64,000 nucleotides of DNA from Spirochaetia bacterium (GTDB taxonomy: Bacteria > Spirochaetota > Spirochaetia > CADAEX01): positions 64,001-128,000 of the forward strand of contig CAXXHA010000036.1 in assembly GCA_963662265.2 (NCBI GenBank), in the 5' to 3' direction. Numbering within the stretch: the stretch's first letter is position 1; each line of letters begins with the position of its first letter. Below the pieces are notes generated by a model, which saw only the letters and a list, made by a program, of their open reading frames with translations, made no database searches and was not told where the DNA came from. This document shows positions 19,112 to 28,546 of the stretch, piece after piece. Position numbers and translations under genes: made by a program.

Positions 19112-19135
19112 AAAAACCCGCTTTTGCGGGTTTTT
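19112..19135. terminator. Bidirectional intrinsic terminator
   Basis: AAAAACCCGC-TTTT-GCGGGTTTTT between convergent genes. Confidence 0.85.
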
Positions 19136-19270
19136 CTTTGAAGATCCACCCGCCCGGCACCTTTACCCGAAGGGGGGGGAGAAAGTATAAAGGAACTATT
19201 TTTTATTATTCAGGAAATTATTATCATATAAGAATCTCTTGTCTGAATACAGAATAAAATGAGACAAAAT

Positions 19271-19319
19271 AAAAAACCCCGTCTATTGGATTTTTGTCCA
19301 ACAAAAGGGGTTCATATCA
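19271..19319 (-). mobile_element. Solo IS3-family (IS150-like) terminal sequence, no transposase
   Basis: Minus strand reads TGATATGAACCCCTTTTGTTGGACAAAAATCCAATAGACGGGGTTTTTT, resembling the TG..ACCCC....GTTGGACA ends of IS3 elements with the typical hairpin. Confidence 0.5.
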
Positions 19320-19341
19320 CAGTCCGGTTCGGGCTTTTTTA

Positions 19342-21051
19342 TCAGAACCTGAGCTTTCCGGAAAGGGCAAGTTCGATGTCGTTCAATGTCCTTCCGCTGT
19401 CATGTTTGTAGTTTGAAATATTTATCCAGTAGAAATCAGCACCCCACGATAATCTGCGCTCCGGGAAAAGAATTCCGTGAAGACCTGTTATAAGTTCCTT
19501 TTCAGGTGTTCCTGTAAGTGTAGTCCTGCTGTTTGCGTCAGACCCCTTGTCATAAGAGAGCGGATCATCCAGCGAATCATTAAGCTCTCCTGTCAGTTTA
19601 TATCTTGCATCCAGTGACACTGAATAAATATCCTTGTGGTCATATTCTATTTTTGAATAAATTACAATTGCATCAGGACCATGCTCATATCCTATCGGCT
19701 TGTTTACATACTCATATCTGTCAGGTTCAATATTGGACCACATCCTTCTCCTGTTTGTGAATCTTGTGAGGGGGTGCCACCTGTTATAGAAATAGGGGTC
19801 AGTAAACGCAAATTCACTGTTGAATGTCAGATATCCGGTTTCTACCGGTTTGATATATCTTAATCCTGTCAGAAACCCGTAGGCCCCCGGGCGTGTATCT
19901 TCCCCCTCATATCCCGGAACCTGAAACTCATCTACAGCAGCCTGTGCATAGATATTTAAGCCTCTTGAAACTGTGTAGTCTGCTTCGAAGGAAATCATTG
20001 CGTTTGAGTATTCAGGGGCAAAAAGGTTGTGGAAGACAAATGCCGGGTTCAGTTCTGTGATATTCAAATATTTGTTTCCGAAGACTATTGCTTCATTGAT
20101 GTTGATATTCAGTTTTTCAGAAGCCCTGAATTCTGTCCTGTGAGCGAGGAAAGCTTTGAACTGCTCCTGGTAGTTGTCATAACCCCCTGCCAGCCCGTTT
20201 TCATATGTGCCTGTATCAGCATCAATATCCTCTTCCTCAGAAGTCAGCCATGCATCCATGCCTATATAAATAAAAGACATCTTGAAGTCTTCCCAGTAGG
20301 TGGTGAAGCGTATCAGGTTGTAGAAATCCGAGTAATCGGAGAGCAGCAGGTTACCTGTTTCTCCCATTCCCCAGTCAGCCTTATCCCTTCCGAACTGCAG
20401 GTTCCAGTGTTCTCCCCCGAAAGAAAGGAATGCCCTGAAAGGGAAGTACCAGTCAAATTCCCTTGGATTTGCCGGAATGCTTGTATAGTTGTTGTCAATA
20501 TCTGTTACTGCCCTGTATTCCTCTTTAAGCGTCAGGTCCAGTGTCGCGTAAAACCCGCTGCCGAACCATCCCTCAAAAGGTACTGAAAGGAGGGGATTTC
20601 TTTCTTCAAACCCATGCTCCCATTCCTTTCTGTTTTCATTTCCCTTAACATAGCCATCAATATTGATTTCTCCTGAAATCCTGTAGCAGAAATCCCCTTT
20701 TTTCCCGCCGTCAATATCTTCTGACAGTTCCGAGTTTATTATCTTGTATGAGTATTCTTCGGCAGGCGAAAGCAGCTTTACAGGAAGCCGGTCAAGAATC
20801 ATGATTGCCTCATCGACTGACCAGGGCCTTGCCGTTGACGGAAGTGCCATGCTGTTTATCATGTAGAGCCTGTCAATTTCCCTGTACAGGGGGGAGAAAA
20901 CCGGTATGATTCTCTGGTAATTTTTCTTATCGGAATTGTTTTTCTCTGCAGATGCCGGAATCAATACAGCAGTCATGAAAATGACTGCATATGCAAGGAG
21001 GATAATTTTTTTTATTTTTTTAAAATCAGCTGATGTTTTTTTTTCTCTCAT
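19342..21051 (-). CDS. Capsule assembly Wzi-family outer membrane beta-barrel protein
   Basis: Signal peptide; helical N-terminus (RPWS); FGRDKADWG...NLLLSD; AHRTEF...EAIVFG...LNP; C-terminal Phe. Confidence 0.7.
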   Translation of the reverse strand: MREKKTSADFKKIKKIILLAYAVIFMTAVLIPASAEKNNSDKKNYQRIIPVFSPLYREIDRLYMINSMALPSTARPWSVDEAIMILDRLPVKLLSPAEEYSYKIINSELSEDIDGGKKGDFCYRISGEINIDGYVKGNENRKEWEHGFEERNPLLSVPFEGWFGSGFYATLDLTLKEEYRAVTDIDNNYTSIPANPREFDWYFPFRAFLSFGGEHWNLQFGRDKADWGMGETGNLLLSDYSDFYNLIRFTTYWEDFKMSFIYIGMDAWLTSEEEDIDADTGTYENGLAGGYDNYQEQFKAFLAHRTEFRASEKLNININEAIVFGNKYLNITELNPAFVFHNLFAPEYSNAMISFEADYTVSRGLNIYAQAAVDEFQVPGYEGEDTRPGAYGFLTGLRYIKPVETGYLTFNSEFAFTDPYFYNRWHPLTRFTNRRRMWSNIEPDRYEYVNKPIGYEHGPDAIVIYSKIEYDHKDIYSVSLDARYKLTGELNDSLDDPLSYDKGSDANSRTTLTGTPEKELITGLHGILFPERRLSWGADFYWINISNYKHDSGRTLNDIELALSGKLRF

Positions 21052-21150
21052 TCATTAACTCCTGACACTGTTTATCTGCAATATATTTTCCCTGAAAAAC
21101 AGGGAAAATAATTTTGTATGTTTTAAATATTCTATGTAATAAAAGTAATG

Positions 21151-22854
21151 TTAATATGCCTGCCATTTACCCGAAAGCGTCAGTATGCTGTTCCATTCAT
21201 GATCACCTTTATTCTTGTTTTTGTTATGCACGTATTCAACAGTAAGGGCAGCTGACAGTTTGACACCGTAAAAAGGTATTCTGTACTCTGTGTAAAGTGT
21301 CGAATCAAGAGTTGTTTCCCTGACAGCCCCGTCAATCCCGTAGTCCAGGAAGTTGTAGTTTTCAACATCCTCATCATAAAGACCGCCCATTCCCCATGTG
21401 ATACCGTCATCATGGGCATGGGTATTTACATCTCCGAATGCGTCCTGAATAAATCTGAAAGTAATACCGTGTGTTCTTCTTATATCTGCATCGTAACGGA
21501 AATCAAATGACAGCATATGCGCGTTGGGGGGCAGTGTATGACCGATACTGACTCCGTCATGTGTGTAGTTGTTTCTATGTCCGTTCACCTCTTTGTGTGT
21601 ATATACCCACTGGTTAAGGTATGTGTATTCTGTTGTGAAAGTCAGGCCGTCTGCAAAGCTGTAGTTCCTGTATCCCAGCGTTATACCCATTTCATTATGG
21701 TAGTAGGCCGGGTTGAAAAGCTGTCCGAAGTCCCAGTCATCGACAAATAGGGAAAGATAGAGGTTTGACTGTTTAAATCTGAAAAGGAAATCAAATCCTC
21801 CCATCTTGTTATCCAGGTCTCCCTGGTTAACCTCGCTTATGTAGTAGAGTGAAAACGGGTTTGCATAGGCAAGTTCAAATCTTTCTGAATACATGACAGT
21901 TTCGAAGAAAGAGAACTGAAACCAGTCACTGAGCTGGTATTCGATTCTGTGCCCTGTTATCAGTTTTCCTTTATCTTCATCTGCCTCATCATCTGTCTGT
22001 GTTAAAAATCCTGTAATCCATGAAAAGTATATTTTTTCACCGACTGGTATGTCGAATGTCAGGTATTCATATGGAACTGATGTTGCTGAGAGCGCAAGGT
22101 TTGCATACTGGCTGGGCCCCCATGATATTGAATCCCTTCCGAAAGTTATCATTGCAATGTCAGCATCAATTGTTGTCTGGTTTAGCTGGTTCATCCGTAT
22201 CGAAAGTTCTGGATCTCCGACTGCCCGGTTAGCATCAAGGTTGAAACTTGTACCGCCGTTTGCAAGATTTACTGTGTACATATTGAAATCCGGTTTTGCC
22301 GGAGTTTCGAATTTCCTGTAGGGAGCTTCTTCCCATGTTTCAAAGGCAAGGTATGAATCTGTTGAAAGACCCAGGTAGAGCCTGTTCCCGACCTGAACAT
22401 CAATTTTTAGTTCTGCTCCCGGTTCAATCACTGTGTCTTTAACAGAATCGGGAGATGTATTTACATTAAAGCGGGGAGCTATGTTCAGTCCTGTTGTAAA
22501 TTTCTCTGTCTCGTTTCTGAGGAGAGAAAAATGTTCCCCTTCAATACGTTTTTTATGGGACTGGAGTTCTTCTATATCTTTTTCTGTGAATTCTTCAGGA
22601 TCTGTTTTCCAGCTGTTTTCCATTTTTTTAAGATATTCAATCACCCTTTTTTCTGTATATGGCCTGACAGAAGGGAGGTATTCTATCCATCCCTTTGCAT
22701 ATCCCTTGTCAAGGAAAAGATATACCGGATCTTCTAGAGTAATATTTTTCAGGCTTTCCGCGCCTGCCGGAAATGCCGCTGCTGTAAGTATGAATGCTGC
22801 AATCAGCAGCCTGAAAACAGCTTTAGAAGTTTTTTTGCAATATGCTGGTCTCAT
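21151..22854 (-). CDS. Capsule assembly Wzi-family outer membrane beta-barrel protein (paralog)
   Basis: Signal peptide; RPYT; FGRDSISWGPSQ...LALS; GHRIEY...YANPF...DN..GFD; C-terminal W-x-x-Y. Confidence 0.72.
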   Translation of the reverse strand: MRPAYCKKTSKAVFRLLIAAFILTAAAFPAGAESLKNITLEDPVYLFLDKGYAKGWIEYLPSVRPYTEKRVIEYLKKMENSWKTDPEEFTEKDIEELQSHKKRIEGEHFSLLRNETEKFTTGLNIAPRFNVNTSPDSVKDTVIEPGAELKIDVQVGNRLYLGLSTDSYLAFETWEEAPYRKFETPAKPDFNMYTVNLANGGTSFNLDANRAVGDPELSIRMNQLNQTTIDADIAMITFGRDSISWGPSQYANLALSATSVPYEYLTFDIPVGEKIYFSWITGFLTQTDDEADEDKGKLITGHRIEYQLSDWFQFSFFETVMYSERFELAYANPFSLYYISEVNQGDLDNKMGGFDFLFRFKQSNLYLSLFVDDWDFGQLFNPAYYHNEMGITLGYRNYSFADGLTFTTEYTYLNQWVYTHKEVNGHRNNYTHDGVSIGHTLPPNAHMLSFDFRYDADIRRTHGITFRFIQDAFGDVNTHAHDDGITWGMGGLYDEDVENYNFLDYGIDGAVRETTLDSTLYTEYRIPFYGVKLSAALTVEYVHNKNKNKGDHEWNSILTLSGKWQAY

Positions 22855-23974
22855 TTTATGTGTTCCCTTATTTTCTGTATTGCAGCATAAACTGCCTGAT
22901 CCATGTTGTAGTATTTGTATTCGGCAAGCCGTCCTGTAAAGATGAAGTTGCCTGATTTTTCCAGTCTGTCTATTTCTTTAACATATTTTTTCCGTTTGTC
23001 CATATTATCTTCAGTCATGACAACATAGTAGGGTTCTCCCGACTGTTTGGGATATTCATAGCAGATAACTGTTTTTGAAGACTGCTCTCCTGTCATGTGC
23101 TTGAATTCCGTTATACGGTAAAATCATAATCGTTGGGATAATTTACAACAGCAGCATTCTGATACCATTCAGTATCAAGAGTCCTGAATTCAATATCCAG
23201 TGACCTGTATTCAAGTTCCCCGTATCTGTAATCAAAAAAACGGTCAAGTTCCCCTGTATATACAGTAAGACCTTTCTCCTCGTCAAAAATAGAGGAGATG
23301 TTTTTTCTTATCTCGAAATAATCAACATTGCTCATCACAGAAATGTTTTCATGATCAAGCATATTTTTTACCATCTCTGTATATCCGCCGACAGGGATCC
23401 CCTGATACTGGTCAGCGAAATACCTGTTGTCACGGTTTGATCTTACAGGTATCCTGTTTGCCACATCGGCAGAAAGCTCTTCCGGATCTCTTTCCCACTG
23501 TTTTATTGTGTAGTTTTTGAAAAACAGGTTATAGAGCCGCTCCCCCACCTGGGAGACAACAGCATCCCTGAAATTTCTCGGAGGATGGTTGTAGGTTGAG
23601 CATGATACCTCTCTGTCGAGGAATTTCCGTACCTCGCCTGTTGTAATATTCTCTCCGAATACCTGGTTGATTGTATCCCTGTTTATCGGGAACGGGACTT
23701 CCATCCCCTCTGCATAGCCGAGGACTCTGTGCTGGAAAAATCTGAATTCTGTATATTGTTTCAGAAAATCCCAGACTTCCTTTATATTTGTATGGAAAAT
23801 GTGCGGACCATATGTGTGTACTGTTATTCCTGCAGATGACAGAAAGTCGTGACAGTGACCTGCAAGATGTTTATGTTTCTCAAGGACAAGAACTTTTTTT
23901 CCTGATTCTGCAAGCAATCTTGCAGCTGTACTGCCTGACAGACCTGCTCCGGCAACAAGGCAATCGAATTCCAT
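22851..23974 (-). pseudogene. glf: UDP-galactopyranose mutase split by a 1-nt deletion (pseudogene or sequencing error)
   Basis: GAGLSG, HTYGPHIFH, RYF..QGIP and YRSL in the first ORF; YEYP, EPYY and GRLAEYKYYNMD in the second; one extra C at about 23117 restores F-T-R-I-T-E-F-K-H. Confidence 0.88.
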
Positions 23975-24107
23975 TTATAACTCCTGTAAAATCAGGATTA
24001 TTTCAAGCCTGATGATTAATCCTGTTTATATAGCAGGTTATGTTAACATAATTACTTTTTTTTTTACAGATTAATTATATTGAATGTTATTTCGCATTAT
24101 TTATATG

Positions 24108-26147
24108 TTATACAGAATTGATTGTGAGAATGGATGGGATTGTACGTATGCTTTTTGCAACTTTTTTAAAGTCATCCTTGTTCTCTATTTCCAATGTGAA
24201 GTACCCGCTGAGCTTGTTGTTTTCTATTTCTATCAGTTTCCCTTCAATGAGATGTCCCCGGTATTTTCTGACAGCTCCCTCTATTTCCGCAAAGAGGTCA
24301 TGGGTCCGTTTTGCAGTTACCTTGAACCGTCTTGTCGCTTTCGGGGAAAGAGCTTCCCATTCCACATCAATGGATCTCTCTGTGAAATTTTTTATATGTT
24401 TCAGATTGGGACAGCTTTTCCTGTGTACAATAATTCCCCTGCCCACAGATATGTAGCCGATAATTGAATCTCCTGGTTTCGGAGAACAGCATTTACCGAA
24501 ACTTATCATCAGGTTTTTTTCACCGTTGACCTTGAAACCGATTTTTTTTGTATCAATAATTTCTGTAATTACTTTATCGTCATGATCAAGTGAAGCTGCC
24601 GCAGCCTCGGCTTCGGCCTGTTTCTGTTCAGCAAGCTGTTGCTGCTGCTGTTGAACAAGCTTGTTTTTGGCGACAATGTTTTTGCTTATAATCACTGAAT
24701 CATCATGTTTGTTAAGCCACTGTCTTATCTTTGATTTTGCCCGTGTTGTCTTTGCCATCCTCAGCCAGTTTAGGTGCGGATGTGCGGAATTATTTGTGAT
24801 AATTTCGACAACCTGTGTGTTCTGGAGTTCCTTGCCCAGCGGTATTATATACCCGTCAGCTTTTGCACTTACACAGTGGTTTCCCACTTCAGAGTGGATA
24901 TGATAGGCAAAATCAATTGCAGTGGATCCTGCAGGCATTTCAAATACATCTCCTGCCGGGGTGAAAACATAAATTGTATCTTTGAGTATTTCCTTTTTAA
25001 GATCACTCAGAAAATTCGCATTGCTGTTTGAAAGGGTATTCCATTTCTTGAGTTTGTTTACAAGTGCAATATCCTTTGGATTTAATGAATCCGGTGTTTG
25101 CCCTTTCTTGTACAGCCAGTGTGCTGCAATTCCGTATTCAGCTGTTTTATGCATGTTATGGGTTCTTATCTGGACTTCCAGTATTTTCCCGTTGTCTGTC
25201 ATTACAGTTGTGTGAAGGCTCTGGTATTTGTTTGATTTCGGTACTGCTATATAGTCTTTGAATCTTCTTTCTATCGGTATCCATACATTATGGACAATGC
25301 CGAGCATTGCATAGCATTCGTTTACAGTTCTGCAGAAAATTCTTATACCTAGGAGGTCATATATTTCGTTAAGATCCTTACCGCTCTTTGTCATTTTCTT
25401 GTAGATCGAGTAAAAATGCTTGGCCCTTGTTGTCACTTTTATATCTATGCTTTCCTTATTCGCGGCTGCTGTAATTTTCTCCTCAATAAATTTAAGGTAT
25501 TCAGCTCTTTTTTTCTTTTTAAGGGCAAGAAACTGTTTAATCTGTGTATGAACATCAGGGTTCAGGTATTTCAGTGAAAGGTCTTCGAGCTCGGCTTTAA
25601 TGCTTGACATACCGAGCTGACCTGCCAGCGGGGCATATATTTCAAGGCATTCTGCAGCTATTGCCTTCTGTCTTTCCGGTTTAAGGTATGAAAGTGTTCT
25701 CATGTTGTGAAGTTTGTCGGCAAGTTTAATAAGTATGACCCTGATATCCTTGACCATGGCGATAAGCATCTTTCTTATAGTTTCTATTTCCTGAACTGAT
25801 TTATTTTTCGCCTTTAAAATGCTTATTTTTGTTACACCATCGACAAGCTGTGCAACTTCTGAGCCGAATTTCTTCTCAAGTTCATCTCTTGATATGCCTG
25901 TGTCTTCTATTGTGTCATGGAGCAGGGCTGCAACAATTGTAGGGGGGTCGAGGTTTATTTCAATAAGAACAGATGCAACTTGAATCGGGTGAATATAATA
26001 TGGTTCGCCGCTGGCCCGTTTCTGCTCGCCATGGAGTTCAGCGCCCCATGTTGCAGCCTCCATAATCCATTCAATATCATTATGAATGTAGTTGTTTTCA
26101 GCGAGGAGTTTCTGAAGCTGTTCAAGTTCTGTTTGTATTCTGTTCAT
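24108..26147 (-). CDS. rel: Bifunctional (p)ppGpp synthetase/hydrolase (long RSH)
   Basis: HD domain (RASGEPY, LLHDTIED); synthetase (RFKDYI, YQSLHT, EVQIRT); TGS; CCxP zinc finger; ACT. Confidence 0.96.
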   Translation of the reverse strand: MNRIQTELEQLQKLLAENNYIHNDIEWIMEAATWGAELHGEQKRASGEPYYIHPIQVASVLIEINLDPPTIVAALLHDTIEDTGISRDELEKKFGSEVAQLVDGVTKISILKAKNKSVQEIETIRKMLIAMVKDIRVILIKLADKLHNMRTLSYLKPERQKAIAAECLEIYAPLAGQLGMSSIKAELEDLSLKYLNPDVHTQIKQFLALKKKKRAEYLKFIEEKITAAANKESIDIKVTTRAKHFYSIYKKMTKSGKDLNEIYDLLGIRIFCRTVNECYAMLGIVHNVWIPIERRFKDYIAVPKSNKYQSLHTTVMTDNGKILEVQIRTHNMHKTAEYGIAAHWLYKKGQTPDSLNPKDIALVNKLKKWNTLSNSNANFLSDLKKEILKDTIYVFTPAGDVFEMPAGSTAIDFAYHIHSEVGNHCVSAKADGYIIPLGKELQNTQVVEIITNNSAHPHLNWLRMAKTTRAKSKIRQWLNKHDDSVIISKNIVAKNKLVQQQQQQLAEQKQAEAEAAAASLDHDDKVITEIIDTKKIGFKVNGEKNLMISFGKCCSPKPGDSIIGYISVGRGIIVHRKSCPNLKHIKNFTERSIDVEWEALSPKATRRFKVTAKRTHDLFAEIEGAVRKYRGHLIEGKLIEIENNKLSGYFTLEIENKDDFKKVAKSIRTIPSILTINSV

Positions 26148-26150
26148 TTC

Positions 26151-26990
26151 CTATAAACGGGCAGTTATAACCCTTTCCCTTCCTGCAAGGTCCCTGATAA
26201 TAGAGATATCTGAAAACCTGTTATTCCCAAATATATCTGCAATAGCTTTCATCTGTGAAGGGTCTGCCTCATATGCAAGCAGTCCCCCCTTTTCCAGATG
26301 CAGAACAGCCTGTTCTGTAATCTTTCTTATAAAATCAAGTCCGTCATCTCCTCCGCTAAGCGCAGTTACCGGTTCAGGCCAGTTTCCTGATATCATTTCC
26401 CCGACATGACTGTCTGTCAGGTATGGAGGATTCGATACAATAATATCGTACTTTTCATTTATTTTCTCAAATAAATTACTTCTTATAAATTTAATTTTTT
26501 TTTCATTTAATGAAAAGCAGTTTTTGCGGAATATTTTTTCTGAAATTTCTGAAATATCAGAGGCATCAATTACCGCATCAGGAATATTTTTCTGAAGTGT
26601 TATAGCAATACAACCTGAACCTGTGCACAGATCAAGTATCCTCAGGTTTTTCCTGCCGGAACTTTCCACAGATTTTATGACAGTCTCAACAAGAATTTCT
26701 GTGTCTGAACGGGGAATCAGAATACCTTCTGAAACATGGAAATCAAGGCCGTAAAATTCTTTTTTACCTGTTATATAGGCGACAGGGTATCCGGAAGCTC
26801 TTTTTTCAACAGCCTCAAAAAATTCCTTTTCAGCTTTTTTATCGATCTCCATATCATAGGAAGCAAGCAGTTTTTCCCTGCGGATATCCAGAATGCTGCA
26901 GAGAATTACAGATGCATCGAGAATAGGTGTATCCGGCCATCTGGGAGATATTTTTTCAGATCCAAGTTTTATAAGGTTTCTGACATTCAT
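26151..26990 (-). CDS. prmC: Release factor glutamine methyltransferase PrmC/HemK
   Basis: Motifs LIPRSDTE, LDLCTGSGCI and SNPPY; adjacent to prfA. Confidence 0.96.
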   Translation of the reverse strand: MNVRNLIKLGSEKISPRWPDTPILDASVILCSILDIRREKLLASYDMEIDKKAEKEFFEAVEKRASGYPVAYITGKKEFYGLDFHVSEGILIPRSDTEILVETVIKSVESSGRKNLRILDLCTGSGCIAITLQKNIPDAVIDASDISEISEKIFRKNCFSLNEKKIKFIRSNLFEKINEKYDIIVSNPPYLTDSHVGEMISGNWPEPVTALSGGDDGLDFIRKITEQAVLHLEKGGLLAYEADPSQMKAIADIFGNNRFSDISIIRDLAGRERVITARL

Positions 26991-27062
26991 TGAAAAATCC
27001 TTATCAGTATTTTAATTCGGATAGATGTTTGTTTTCTGTTATTTAAATGAAAAGAGTCTATT

Positions 27063-27095
27063 AAAAAAGCAGCAGAATATTGTAAATCCTGCTGC
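27063..27095 (-). terminator. Putative intrinsic terminator between prfA and prmC
   Basis: Minus strand GCAGCAGGAT-ttacaat-ATTCTGCTGC-TTTTTT, 10 nt after the prfA stop. Confidence 0.6.
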
Positions 27096-27105
27096 CTGAT
27101 ATCTG

Positions 27106-28167
27106 CTATTCCTTCAGCATCTGTTCTTTTGCGTTGAGTTTCAGAGAATCAAGTACTTCATCCAGTACACCATCCATTACATATTCAAGTTTATAAAGTG
27201 TAAGGTTGATCCTGTGATCAGTGAGCCTGTTCTGAGGAAAGTTGTAGGTCCTGATTCTTTCAGACCTGTCACCTGAGCCGATCTGGTTTTTCCTGTTTTC
27301 AGACCTTTCTTTCTGCCTCTTTGCCTCTTCTATTTCATAGAGTCTTGATCTCAGGACCCTGAATGCTTTTGCCTTGTTTTTAATCTGTGATTTTTCATCC
27401 TGGCAGGTTACAACAAGACCTGTAGGAATGTGTGTGAGTCTTACAGCCGAGTCTGTTGTATTTACACTCTGTCCCCCCGGTCCTGATGAACGGTATACAT
27501 CGACTTTTACTTCATCGGGATTAAGCTGGATATCTGTTTCTTCAGCTTCGGGAAGTACAGCTACTGTAACTGCTGATGTGTGAACTCTTCCCCCTGATTC
27601 CGTTTCCGGAACTCTCTGAACCCTATGAACACCGCTTTCATACCTGAGGTTTTCATAAACATTGCTGCCTGAAATGGAAAAAACAACCTCTTTGAAGCCT
27701 CCGATTCCGATTTCATTTGAAGACATGATTTCTATTTTCCATTTTCTTGTTTCGGCATATTTTGAATACATTCTGAAAAGATCAGCAGCGAAAAGAGCAG
27801 CTTCATCGCCCCCGGTTCCGGCCCTTATTTCCATGATAATATTTTTTCTGTCAAGCGGGTCTTTGGGAATGAGAAGATGCTTGAGATCTGTGTTCAGTTT
27901 TTCAACAGTTTCTTCAAGCTCTTTAAGCTCCTCTTTTGCCATCTCCTTCATTTCAGGATCTGTTTCTTCCGCAATTAAAAGCTTTGCATCCTCAATCTGG
28001 GTTTCTGCTTCCCTGTATTTTTCATAGCATTCTACGAGTTCCCTGAGATGGGAATGCTCCTGCATTATTTCTTTGTATTTATTTACATCTTTAACAATAT
28101 CCGGATCTGAAAGCTTCTGTTCATATTCCCTGTATTTTTCAATCATCCTATTAATTTTATCAAGCAT
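27106..28167 (-). CDS. prfA: Peptide chain release factor 1
   Basis: [15 protein letters not shown] (PxT recognition motif), GPGGQ and RTYNFPQ. Confidence 0.98.
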   Translation of the reverse strand: MLDKINRMIEKYREYEQKLSDPDIVKDVNKYKEIMQEHSHLRELVECYEKYREAETQIEDAKLLIAEETDPEMKEMAKEELKELEETVEKLNTDLKHLLIPKDPLDRKNIIMEIRAGTGGDEAALFAADLFRMYSKYAETRKWKIEIMSSNEIGIGGFKEVVFSISGSNVYENLRYESGVHRVQRVPETESGGRVHTSAVTVAVLPEAEETDIQLNPDEVKVDVYRSSGPGGQSVNTTDSAVRLTHIPTGLVVTCQDEKSQIKNKAKAFRVLRSRLYEIEEAKRQKERSENRKNQIGSGDRSERIRTYNFPQNRLTDHRINLTLYKLEYVMDGVLDEVLDSLKLNAKEQMLKE

Positions 28168-28451
28168 CTGTTACTCCTCCGGAACTGTTCGTTATATTTT
28201 ATTTAATGTGTACTGCTGCAGATTCTATCCAGTTTTATTATTGAATAAGTTGAATGCGGTATTATACAGAATTCTTATGATCTCTGAAGCTGCTGCTTGT
28301 TATTTCTTGAAAAATACAGCATCCAATCCGGTTTTAAAATTTCAGCTATTTGCAGATGTATAAATATATAACAATAATCAGGTTTATATCAATCATTTTA
28401 CAGGGCCCTGCTGATATCTTGAAATTAAAAAAGTATATACATCAGAAATTT

Positions 28452-28489
28452 AAAAAGGGATTTCTGAACCAATGTCATGAAATCCCTTT
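28452..28489 (-). terminator. Putative terminator of the DEAD-box helicase gene
   Basis: AAAGGGATTTC...GAAATCCCTTT inverted repeat followed by a T-run on the minus strand. Confidence 0.55.
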
Positions 28490-28546
28490 ATACAGTTAAT
28501 ATAATGAAAACACTTTTTCCTGATAAATTATTCAGAAATCAGCTGT

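Noticed and set aside
24595-24660. Poly-Gln/Ala linker (QQQQQQ...AEAEAAAA) in Rel as a contingency repeat
   Set aside because: Mixed CAA/CAG codons in a short in-frame interdomain linker; no on/off switching potential.
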